Shown here: piece by piece, positions 9,907 through 20,021 of the stretch
How positions within the stretch are numbered: the first letter of the stretch is position 1
How the letters are laid out: every line of letters begins with the position of its first letter
Position numbers and translations under genes: made by a program
Assembly (NCBI GenBank): GCA_964035545.1
Contig: CAXIUT010000057.1
Span: 263,454 to 283,474 of the forward strand
Length of the DNA stretch: 20,021 bases
Source: Bugula neritina
Taxonomy: Eukaryota > Animalia > Bryozoa
Direction of reading: 5' to 3'
The notes under the pieces: generated by a model
Database searches by the model: none
Told to the model about the DNA's origin: nothing
The model's input: the letters and a program-made list of their open reading frames with translations, nothing else

Positions 9907-11036
9907 TCATTTCATTATGCTGTTTAAAGTTTACAAACAGATCTTATCCAAGGGTTATCGACTATTATTATGGTTGATGTGGTTGTGGAATAGATTTAGT
10001 TGGTTATTATCAAGGAGCTATAGGTAATAGAGGAGTTGCTAGGTTGATTTTGTGAAGATAGGAGTGTTGTTTTGGAATATAAGGGGTTTTTGATTCTATT
10101 TGAGATTGATGGGTAAATGATGGTCGAAAGATAGAGAATATTATAGTATTTTTATGAGTTATTATTTGAATGTATTAGGAAAGATAGTTTTGAGTTGATT
10201 TAGAGTGATGTTGGGAAAGATCTATCCGAATTTGATTAACTCTTGTTGTTAGTTATAAAACTGTTGATATTTTTAAGTAAATTAGATGGTTTTATGCCTA
10301 TAACATCCACTAATCCACTACTTTGTTTCCTATTTTTGAATTCTATCTATAAATTTGATATTTTTATAGTTAATTCTCTCTTTTATTTGATTTTTATTTG
10401 ATACTATTTCTACAGGCGATAGTTATAAATTGATTAATCCAGTTGATAAAAGTAGCTATATTTATTCTTATTTAAGTTGGCTGATATCTATTATTTTTAC
10501 AATATCTTAAGGCTGTATTTATTTGACAAAAATGCTTTTTTTATGGATCAATTATAAATGATAGACTATCCTTAGTGTTGACATTGATAGATCATTTACA
10601 CTTAAAAGAAGGCATCTGCTTTTATTCTTACGGATTTCCAAAGAATTGATTTTTATGGGGTAGTGTTTTAGTGATTTATTTTTTATTATTATCTATTTCA
10701 TCTACAATAAATATTTATCTGTTGGAGTGACTGCTATTGACCCGAATGAGTCGATATTTAGAGTCAGATGTTGACTTTGATGTGTAAAGCTGGCTATTTA
10801 TTATGCCAATAGGCGAGGTGATACTCCTTTTTCACTGTATTTAAAGTTATCTTCTTTGTATTTGTTGTAGAGTTGATGTGCGATGTCTATCTGATTTTTA
10901 TATTTAAGTGTACTTTGAAGGTAAGGTCATGATTAACGATGGGTTGGATATTACAGGGAAGTGATATTCCTGTGCATTTGTAGGCTGCTTGTGAGTATAT
11001 GTTTTGTAGTTGTTTGCTGAAGCATCGGGTGATCAT
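9907..11036 (-). CDS. Divergent arginyl-tRNA-synthetase-related protein, 368 aa, possibly mitochondrial; intron 10891-10913
   Basis: Starts MITRCFSK (presequence-like). FKIDIAHQLY...SPRLLAEEIA...IDSFGSIAVTPTDKYL resembles the ArgRS N-terminal domain. LSMSTLR sits where HxGHLR would be. Open to TGA 9909-9907 after removing a 23-nt intron. The gene model is solid; the family call is tentative. Confidence 0.55.
10891..10913 (-). other. 23-nt intron
   Basis: gtacacttaaatataaaaatcag on the minus strand; joins the ATG frame to the long open frame. Confidence 0.75.
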
Positions 11037-11116
11037 GTTTAGTGAATGTTTTATCAATCTATATTTAAAAGTATTTGATATAATGAGGTGATGATTTGAT
11101 TGAAGTTATTTAATAA

Positions 11117-14100
11117 ATGCTGAATTAACTTATAAAAAGGAAACGTACCGCATACCTACTTCTCTTGATATTAATAGTTTCAATCAAAAGTACAACCGCG
11201 CCTATCCAGGTTAGCTTGATATATCATCAATCACTGTGGCAGATTCCACATTAGGAAGCACAACCAGCTATACTTTGAGAATGTTCAGATTTCCAGTCAC
11301 TGCTATCCCTCTCGACTCTTCATTGGTACTATCATTTGACAATGCATACAATGGCAAAATAAACAATCCTTCTTGCACATCTGTATTTAAACTATGATTT
11401 AGGATAGTTTTGGAAATACCAAATTGAGTTGCAGCTATCTTGGTACCAAACTAACTATAAACAATCTGTTCAGTAATAGTAGCTATTTATCATTGAGTAG
11501 TTTTAATATAGTTATCAGTGGAATTTAAAATCCCTCACCAGCAACCACTTATGTCCCTGTTTCACTCATATAAATATACAGTCAGGCTATTACTCTTTTT
11601 GAGAATGGTACTAGTACTACAACAATAACCATATCTCCTTTGACTGCTAGTTGCAATGTATCTATTCTCAATTCGATTGTTTTTGTTCGAGGTTAAGTCT
11701 CAATAACCTATATTTCTTCTCTTATTTCTGGAACATCTAACTCCAATTACTTCTTAAATGTGCAGATGGGATCATACTATCCTGACGATGGTACTGAGAC
11801 TCCGATAAATCCGATTTTTTCTCAAACATTAACCAATTTTCAAAGTTTAGGGAATCAGAATATCTATTCATTTAGATATGTTAGTTAGTTAACTATAACT
11901 ATGTTAATGCCTCCCTCTGATAAACCTCAAGACAACTTTATCACTATTTTTACATCATAATCGATCAACGGAGGCACCTTAGATACCTGTTCTATTAGTC
12001 TAGCTGGCATACAACCTGGAACATTTACTACTAAAAGCATTTCATCATAACTAGTTCAATCTACAAATCCGATTCACTTTAATCTTGAACTGTCGTCTCC
12101 ATTGATAACAACTGATGTCATTTAGATATAATTCGATTCTTCTTTTAATCTTGCTGGAGTAGCAGCTACTTCAATTAATGTATCAGGATTCGATGGGGTA
12201 TTTCCTTTGAATAATTTTGGTAATATTCTTAAATTAAGTGTTAATCATTCTCAATCTGTACTATATGCATCGCTTCCTTTTACTATTAATAACATAGGAC
12301 TACCTTTTACTACAGCTGCTGCTTCCATTAATCTAAGAGTCCTTACTTTTGATAACTACTATCGACTGAACTAAACTGTATTATATAATTCTAAAGCTGG
12401 GACTCTTAATGTGAGTGTAACATGTTTGAACGTATAAGTAGGGGTTACGACAAGTTGCTAGTTTACTATAACAACTGTGAGTACTTTGAAATCAGATGCT
12501 TCAATAGAGGTAGATTTACCTAGTACTTTTTTGGTTGGCACTGGGTCTAATTCTTGTTAATTAATAGGTCTTAATTTGAAATCATTAGTTAATTGTACAT
12601 ATTTTGCAGTTAATAAAACCATCCAGGCAATTGACTTCAATCAATCTACTTCGAATATCCAACCTATGACCATTGTTCTTACAATCCCAATGGATATGAG
12701 TCAATAGGTGGGATAGTTTAATTTAACAGTAAATACTCTTTCATCAGGTGCTGTTGTTGATAGTGGAATAGTCTCTCTAGTGGTTGGTGTTAAAAAATTG
12801 AACAATAACTAACTAAGTTTCACTTCTAGTTCAACAACTACTTTTTCTCCAACTGTTTACACTGTTAATATTGCCTTACCCTTTAATAACGGAGGATTGT
12901 ATACTATTTAGTTGTTTCTACCTGTTAGCTAACGAGAAGGATTGAGTCTTAGTGTATAGGGCGCAGATATTTCAGTTCCTTGGAATCAAAGCAGCAATTT
13001 GGTAACTTTGATGGGACCTTTACTATCAAATGCAAATCTAGCCGTAAATAACTTAATGACACCAGTATCGACATAGCCAACTAACTTCACAATTAAAATA
13101 TATTCACAAGGAAATTTGTTATTCACAGGCAGTTAAATTATAACAATGACTTCTCTGAGAGCAATCTCGTCGCTATCAGTTGTTCAATCTAACAAAATCG
13201 TATATAAATCGTTCAAAGCGAGTATAACTGCAAGCGATTTGGCTGTTGGTGATGTTTTGAGGATATCAACATCCTATGGCAGTTATTTTTATGATACTGA
13301 TCAAACGAATTGCTCTGTTTCTGTTGTGAGTTGCGGATTGGCTGGTGTCTTGACTGTTGTCAGTGTTGGTAATGCTAATAACAACTACACTACATTCGAT
13401 GTGCAACTGATCAACCAGGCCTATCAAGGTAGTGGATAATTGTATGTGGATATTTACGATTCTTTGAACATATATGGCAAACAGCGAGGAACAGCATCGT
13501 TGAGTACTACAATTTTTAATACGATCAGCTATACTGTGACTCAAAGCAATCCCTATTTGAAAGAACAATCTACTTATAAATTCCGTTTGGATTTTACTAC
13601 ACCCAATGTCACTGGCGTCCAGATATCTGCCAGTTCTAGTTTTGGTCAGTAGCTTCCTATTTGTATTCTAAACTGTTTGCCCCCTTCTGTGCTTGGTAGT
13701 AGTTATATTATGCATGTTTCGAATCTTTCTGTATGGACTGAGTTCAGCTGGCAGGTAACCAACCCATCATAATTCAATTCTTTCAGTCGAATGAGTTTTC
13801 TTAGCTTTAGTAACAATGGTAGCAAAGATACAGCCTAGTATCAACCATAACTAACTTGTGCTTTACCGTGTAGGTAGTGTCTATCTTCCGATAATGCTAG
13901 TTGTGTTAATTGTTATTCTTGGAAAAATTAGGCCTATCTTCACCAAAATAGTTGTGTCGATAGCTGTCCAGCAGGATTCTACAATACAACCAGCAACTCA
14001 TATCTAATCTGTGCTGCATGCCCATCTTCATGTTTAAATTGTGTCAGTTCGACTAATTGCACTAGTTGTCTAAGTGGTTTTCTTCTGCATTTGTAAAATT

Positions 14101-17100
14101 GCTTATCGAGTTGTCCAAATACTTTCTATACTAGTAATAATGTAACCTGTGATAGTTGCAATAGTCCATGTGCCAATTGTCAATCTAATGCTAACAATTG
14201 CACCTCCTGTCTTGCTTCTGTTAATTCAATCAACTACTATTATCTCAATAACATTTGTCATCAAAATGCGTGTCCTGATGGCTACTACTCATCATTGACC
14301 AATAATACCTGTTTTCAATGCAATTCAACTTGTCTTACTTGCAATGCTCAAGGATGTTTGACTTGTCTATCTCCATCATTGCTATTTTTAGATACTTGCC
14401 AAGGAACATGTCCATTGGGTTCATACTAACTGAATACAACCAACTGTGCAGCTTGTCCCAGTGGTTGTTCTACATGTAATACTTCAACTAACTGCTAGAG
14501 TTGTTAATCTGGTTTCTTGAGGTTAACTTCATCTACTGGGTCTGACTGCCTATCAGCTTGTCCGAGCCAATACTACTAAGACAATTCTGTTTGTTAGTCA
14601 TGTCCTAATTTGTGTTTGACGTGTTCTTTGATCAATCTCCAACCTTCATGTTCTAGTTGTGTAGATAACAGTCCAATATACTCCTACACTTGTGTTGCTA
14701 GTTGTACTAATGGAACAACGCATGTAGGTGCATACTGTGTCTCTAACGATTGTGGTGCTATATCTAACTGTGTTGTTTGTACTGGTTTTAGATGTTTGCA
14801 ATGTGCTAGTTTGTATACTTTGAGTAGCTAGTTTACTTGTGATGAAGTCAAGTCAACTTCTTAGGTGCTATAGGCCATATCATAAATCCCTGTACCTTTT
14901 CCTTTCTTGATAGCTATTATTATGCTTATTATTGTTTCTTTCTTCTTGAAACATAATTTCAGCAAAATGTTCTCACCACTCTTTATATATGCTCTTGCTG
15001 GTACTCTAGAATAACTCAGTTTGGTTATGTGGACGGTGTTGTCGTTAATATGGAATGCCAATATTGCTTTTCCTTTGCCGATGGTTAGTGTTGCTTATGC
15101 TCCTATTCTCATCCTGATAGGATATGGACTACTAAACTTGGTTCAATTTATATGTTGGAATTGTTGGATATCATCTGATCGTAGGTATCAACTGTGGTCG
15201 AAACAGGACAACCGTTGTGCTTCTCTAACTATTGTAGCATTTAGTTTGTTTTTCTCTTATAGATTGGATGCTTTTAGATTTTCTAAAACTGGTCATTCTC
15301 AGAAACTGTCAACTCCTTTATAAAATACTAATAAATTCAAACATTATAGTGTTTTGGCTGTAATAGGAATGGTAGTTAGTGGATGTAGTATTCTAGTATC
15401 TGTATATATATCATATTTGCAAAATTAATTGAATTATCTATTCTTTTCGTGTTTGGAAGTTACTATTATTTCGGTTATTATGATTGTTCTAAGTATCGTG
15501 ATGTTGTGTGTGCCTAGAGAACAGCTATTAGAAGATAAGGGGGAATATACATATGGACATGGGTCAGATCAACTAGAAGGACCATCTTTGCAGGAAGTAC
15601 TTTCAGGTTTGTCGGTAGTTGAGGAACATCATTCTCATAGAGAGGTCTGTTCATAGAGTGGAAGTGCTGTTTTGAGGCAAAATTAATAAAGTGATGACAG
15701 GACTTCTCAAGATATCACTCGGGTTCAAGGGTAGGGAAAGGGAGCATTTGGTTCGTAAATAGGATTTGGAGAGTAAGAAGGAGATGGAGCGATGTTGGGA
15801 AAAGCTGCAAAGGGAGAGATAGATGAGATGTTTGCGGTGAGTGAGTAGCCGGATAGTAGTAGTCATATTTTGATAGATTAGTTTTAGACAAATAAAAAAA
15901 ATGCTTTTTAGATGAGTGAGCAATATCTTTCTAAAGAAAATAAAGGAGAGCCATTGATGGGAAGACAGGCTGGTTTAATAACTAAACAAAAGTTACAGGA
16001 ATTACCTTAGTAGTTGTCATCATAGTCTAATTTTGGATAATTTGAAGAATATACACTTGATATTCATGCCAAATAATGGAAAAAGAAATCTTAAAAAAAT
16101 CAAACTGCCAGAAAGAATAATTTAGATCATGGAATTGGTTTGCCTTTGGAAGAAGGAGTTGCCGATGCAGCTATTATCGCTCTGAGAGAAAAAGTCGAGA
16201 TGTAACTGAGAAGATAATAAGCTCTTGCAGAGTAGTAAAGAGAAAGGGAGAGAAGATAAAAGGCTAGAAAATAGAAGGAGGAGAGGGAAATAGCGGTTAG
16301 AGAGCAGATAAGCAAGATAGCTCAACTGAATGCATCTTTGCATGCTATGAACATGTAAAGAGCACAGTTAAATACTGTTGCTTAGTAGTTGGAGAAAGAG
16401 TAAAATTAGTTATAATTATATTAAGAGGAGAAGAAGAACTAGGCAAGATAAAGAGTTCAAATGTAGATAGAAGACAAGTTATCAAGGATGACTCTTATTT
16501 TCAATTAATTTCATAATTTTAGGAAGCAGAAGCAAAGGTCAAGAGGAGCTAAGAGGGTTCCATAGTAATAAAAAGGACAAAAAGAGGTCGATAGTAAAGG
16601 AAAGTAGTTGAATTATCGAAATGATGAAAGATAGAATTTGAAGAAATAGGTTTCTCCAACTAAGATAAAAGTGAGACCAAAACCAGAATAGAGTCAAGTT
16701 ACCAGACAACATATATTTGTTGAATAGGGAGGTTAAATCCTATCGAATTCATCTTAAGATCTTGATATAGAATAAGAAGAAATGTAGCTTGTGTTTTAAG
16801 AGTCAGGAAATCAGATAGTGGAAAGCTAGGCAGTATAAAAGCCTAAAAGCATCCTCAAAAAGAATCCTATCAAAGCTATAGGATCGAAAAGTATAAAAAA
16901 AGAACAAAGGAAAAACTCTGGATCTTTCAGAAGTAAAGAAATAAAGTCATTTAATAATAATAATAAAGATAGTAAAAGTATAAAAAGTAAATAGAAAAGG
17001 CCTGTACTGGTTGAACAACTATAAAAGGCATTGGCTCCAGTTCATTTTTAGAGTTACAAGAAGGAATTTTAGTAAAATAGTTAAAATAGCGAGGGAATAT

Positions 17101-17543
17101 AGAAAGAGGATTCGGCTAAAAAGGATGTAATAATATAAACCAGAAACATTCAAATAGACTAGAACGGATAGGAGTAGTTTAATCATATATATCTTTCTAA
17201 CTAGGAATTGATTCAAATATAGGAATCAGATAAGAGCATTCGATCAGATTAATCAGGAAACAAGATATCTCAGCAGTTGAGAGATAGGATAAAAGAGGTT
17301 GAAGAAAGAGCAAACTCCTATATCAGTCAACCGGGCAATAAGAAATCGAAAGAAGGGTATATTTACGAATCGAAGGAATAGATCTATGAAGAGGAGGAAG
17401 AAGATGACAAGACAGTCAACTAGATAGTATTTTAAGAATCTGAAAAAGAGTCGGTGCAGGAACTGATGAGGAGTGAGACGAAGAAGAGGTTTCGAGGGGG
17501 AAGGGTTAACAGGAGAGTAATCGATTTGGCTCCTGGTCATTGA
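11117..17543 (+). CDS. Large surface/receptor-like membrane protein, ~2128 aa: signal peptide, S/T/N-rich beta ectodomain, furin-like Cys-rich repeats, ~6 TM helices, long E/K-rich cytoplasmic tail; introns 11190-11209 and 11383-11402
   Basis: Signal peptide MLNELIKRKRTAYLLLLILIVSIKS. CxxCxxxCxxC...CxxxCPxGxY repeats at ~13855-14845. Hydrophobic segments at ~14890-15510 starting PFPFLIAIIML. One frame runs from 11403 to TGA 17541-17543 and contains five of the supplied + ORF fragments. Confidence 0.85.
11190..11209 (+). other. 20-nt intron, unusually GC-rich
   Basis: gtacaaccgcgcctatccag; joins the signal peptide to the ectodomain frame. The unspliced frame stops at about 11278. Confidence 0.72.
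11383..11402 (+). other. 20-nt intron
   Basis: gtatttaaactatgatttag; contains an in-frame TGA. Confidence 0.88.
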
Positions 17544-17563
17544 TAAATAATTTATAATAAATA

Positions 17564-18953
17564 ATGAATCTTGGGTTGATGAGACGCAGATCTTCTGCAA
17601 AGGATCATTCGGGAATAAGGAAGACATCTAGCGAGGTGATATGTGAGAACGTAGGTTTGCAGAATCAGACTATATTCCAGGACTACCGATGCACCTACAA
17701 AAGCAATATATCATATTTCGGTCGACTTTACATAGGTTAGTAGCATGTCATTTTTGTGTCGAATATGTTCGGAGTGGCCAAAAAGATAGCCATTTCGATA
17801 GATAGTATTACTGAGATAAGTCAGCCTGATCCTCGAAGTATTTTTATCAATAGCTCAAAATAAGATAAACAGGAAGAATTTATGTTTAGTGGATTGGTTG
17901 ACTCACATCCTTTCAAAATAGTTAATGCTCTTTGGAAAAGATAAAAACTTTAACCTGAATTGATGACCAATGTCGAGTAGGATAATAAAGATGATAAAGA
18001 TGAGAAAGAGGCATCGGATTTGGCTAATTGTTTTGACGAATCTTAGATGGAGGTTAGTATATTCAAGGAAAAGGGACTAGATAGGTAGCCAATCAAAATG
18101 TTGGAGATAGTTTTTCCTTGTTCAGTTGAACAGTTTTATTAGTTTTTTTATGCAGATAGTGCTGAATTGTATCCTCGTCAAAAGCATCTTGAAATGAGAA
18201 AGGCTCACTCCATATCTGTTGGTCCTTGGAGGAAAAGCTAAGAACTGAAGGCTGATACTCGAGAAGTCTGTGCTTTTTTGAAAGTGAATGGAGTGCCTTT
18301 GTTGAGTGAGGCCAAGATGAACCAGGTTTGGCTTTTGACTAAAAACTAGAAGTACTATTATTATAACTAGGGAATGAGTTGAATTTGAAGGTGGTGACCA
18401 ATATGGAACATGTTCCTTACTATTCTTATTTCAATTGTTAGTAGCATATCAAGGTGACTAGATAGGGAGATAACAAATGCAGGTATGTGACTACTACTGT
18501 GGTGATGTTTAATAAGAAGACAATGATGAAGGGCACTATCATTGCTAGGACTTTTGCTGATTTTAATGAAGATTATCAGGTATATATTCTATGAGGTAGG
18601 CTTGGTGTGCCAATGTGAAGTAGGTTCTCTAGAAGAAAAGGAAGTAGCTCCATGTTTTATCTAGGTTGCAATAAAGAAAGAAACAGGGAAACAGTTCCAG
18701 TAGTAGTATTACATCTGTTGAATTTTAATCTCAAGAAGATGATAATGATCGTGTTGAAAAGTGCAAGAAAGAATCAAAGGAGGAAGAATCGAATAAAAGA
18801 GTGATGTTGGAGTTGGAAATTTTAAAAAACTAAGTAAAATAATTAAAAAGAACACTGAAGATAGTACTATACTTAGTAATAGGTTTAGTTATTCTGATAG
18901 TTCTACCCCATTTATCAGTTTGCAGCAAATGGAAGGACCTATTTTAGGAATGA
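17564..18953 (+). CDS. GRAM + VASt (StART-like) domain lipid/sterol transfer protein of the Aster/GRAMD1/Lam family with a C-terminal TM helix, ~449 aa; introns ~18352-18371 (anomalous) and 18580-18599
   Basis: GRAM: DYRCTY...FGRLYIGEEHVIFVSNMFG. VASt: FPCSVEQFYEFFYAD...VGPW...HVPYYSYF...FNKKTMMKGTI. TM: IVLYLVIGLVILIVL. Removing 40 nt gives 450 codons. Confidence 0.85.
18352..18371 (+). other. Intron with an anomalous 3' end (20-nt GT..GG, or 19-nt GT..AG plus a 1-nt sequence error)
   Basis: gtactattattataactagg; the VASt domain changes frame here and needs a removal of length 2 mod 3. Confidence 0.6.
18580..18599 (+). other. 20-nt intron
   Basis: gtatatattctatgaggtag; contains an in-frame TGA, and removal restores the frame to the TM tail. 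Confidence 0.85.
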
Positions 18954-19030
18954 CCTTTAATCTCTTGATATATTCTCTAAAAATATCTAAATATCATCAT
19001 ATCATATTAATTAACAGGTTGAGAGTCATT

Positions 19031-19882
19031 ATGTCATAGCATAAATCTACCAGACAAAAGTTATTGTAGACAGTGGCTGCAGATTCAAGCAGATCAACCA
19101 ACATTCTCTCATAGATAAGAGGTAATCAGCTGCATATAACCTTCAACAGACCTACAAGATACAATGCATTTACAAATGATATGTATAATAGCTTTATGCA
19201 CTTGATCAAATTTGGCAATCAGAGTGAGGAGGTCAAATTTATAATTGTTTCAGGAAAGGGAGGAAATTATTCTTCTGGAAATGACCTTGCCAATTTCTCT
19301 AATCCTAAGTATGCGCTTGGTTCTGTTGAAGAGATGGCTGCTTGTTCTGCTGAAGGCTTGATGGAAATGACAGCTACTATCATCAACTCAGAAAAACCCA
19401 TATTTGCCTTGGTTTAAGGCAAAGTCATTGGATTCGCTTTTACTCAGTTGGCTCTCTATGATAGAGTATTTGCGGTTGATGGGGCGCAGTTTCACGCTCC
19501 TTTAGTTCAGCTAGCCCAAGGACCATAGATGTGTGCATCATACACCTTTCCTAAGATATTTGGTCGTAATTTAGGTGAGGATTTGATTGTGAAGGCAACT
19601 AAGGTGGATTCTTCTTTTCTAGCCAAATATGATTTTGTTAAGAGTTATGGTACTCGGGCTAAGGCTGAGTAGGCATTGAATGGGCATCTTAGTGAGTTGT
19701 AGGAGTTATAGTGGAAAAGCTATTTGACTGCTCGGAAGTTATTTAGAGATATTGATCGATAGATCTTACTGAAGGTGAATCGAAATGAGTGTGACAATTT
19801 GGTGCAAAGATGGATTAATCCTTAATTGCCTGCTCATCTTGCAGATTATATGATAAAAGTTAAACAGAAATCTAGATTGTGA
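19031..19882 (+). CDS. Peroxisomal delta3,delta2-enoyl-CoA isomerase (ECI2-like, crotonase fold), 283 aa, PTS1 -SRL
   Basis: Motifs ITFNRPTRYNAF, YSSGNDL, KPIFALVEG and FHAPLVQLAQGPEMCASYTFPKIFG. Ends KQKSRL-TGA. No introns. Confidence 0.9.
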
Positions 19883-19923
19883 TTCTCTTCATTGATCAAA
19901 TTAAATATCAATTTATTTTGTTA

Positions 19924-20021
19924 GGGGTTGGGGTTGGGGTTGGGGTTGGGGTTGGGGTTGGGGTTGGGGTTGGGGTTGGGGTTGGGGTTGGGGTTGGGGT
20001 TGGGGTTGGGGTTGGGTTGGG
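19924..20021 (+). repeat. Telomeric (GGGGTT)n tract, ~16 units; macronuclear chromosome end
   Basis: Near-perfect G4T2 tandem repeat to the end of the window, with the G-rich strand running 5'->3' outward. This is the Tetrahymena-type repeat. One G3T2 variant occurs near the end. Confidence 0.97.

Noticed and set aside
10481-10500. 20-nt GT..AG look-alike on the minus strand (gtaaaaataatagatatcag)
   Set aside because: The frame is open without splicing, removal would shift it, and it has T at +15.
627-17627. Most supplied ORFs (e.g. 627-833, 3073-3300, 3753-4049, 5367-5681, 8194-8517, 9030-9392, 15651-17627 minus)
   Set aside because: They are antisense or off-frame shadows of real genes produced by the standard code. 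Only 4706-5080, 5123-5365, 5789-6034, 13146-13652, 14610-14831, 15021-15656 and 19181-19417 are fragments of true frames.
1-19882. Standard ciliate code (UAR=Gln) or a split code (UAA=Lys, UAG=Glu)
   Set aside because: Both TAA and TAG fall at conserved Glu sites. A few sites in the Cys-rich repeats would also suit Gln but are uninformative.
2542-19883. T follows the TGA stop in 8 of 11 genes
   Set aside because: Small sample and AT-rich UTRs; not distinguishable from composition.
20005-20021. G3T2 variant at the distal telomere end
   Set aside because: Likely a homopolymer or consensus error at the contig end.

Overview
This is not prokaryotic DNA. It is the telomere-capped right end of a ciliate macronuclear chromosome, ending in (GGGGTT)n from about 19924. 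TAA and TAG both read as Glu and TGA is the only stop, which matches the peritrich-type nuclear code (NCBI table 30), so the supplied standard-code ORF track is fragmented and mostly misleading. Hand re-translation gives 11 tightly packed genes with spacers of 18-186 nt: a coiled-coil protein (5' partial), a SHIPPO/PGP-repeat protein, two hypothetical proteins, a membrane H+-pyrophosphatase homolog, a DBF4-type zinc-finger protein, a RING/B-box/coiled-coil/LRR protein, an ArgRS-derived protein, a ~2100-aa Cys-rich multi-pass surface protein, a GRAM-VASt (Aster/Lam) protein and a peroxisomal enoyl-CoA isomerase. Two things stand out. (1) The full-length membrane PPase has lost essentially the whole PPi-hydrolysis site but keeps the ion-gate residues. 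(2) All 12 inferred introns are 20-23 nt, start with GTA and have an A at position +15, which suggests ruler-like splicing; one of them restores the frame only as a non-canonical GT..GG intron. All translations and alignments were done by hand, against family motifs recalled from memory; no searches were run.
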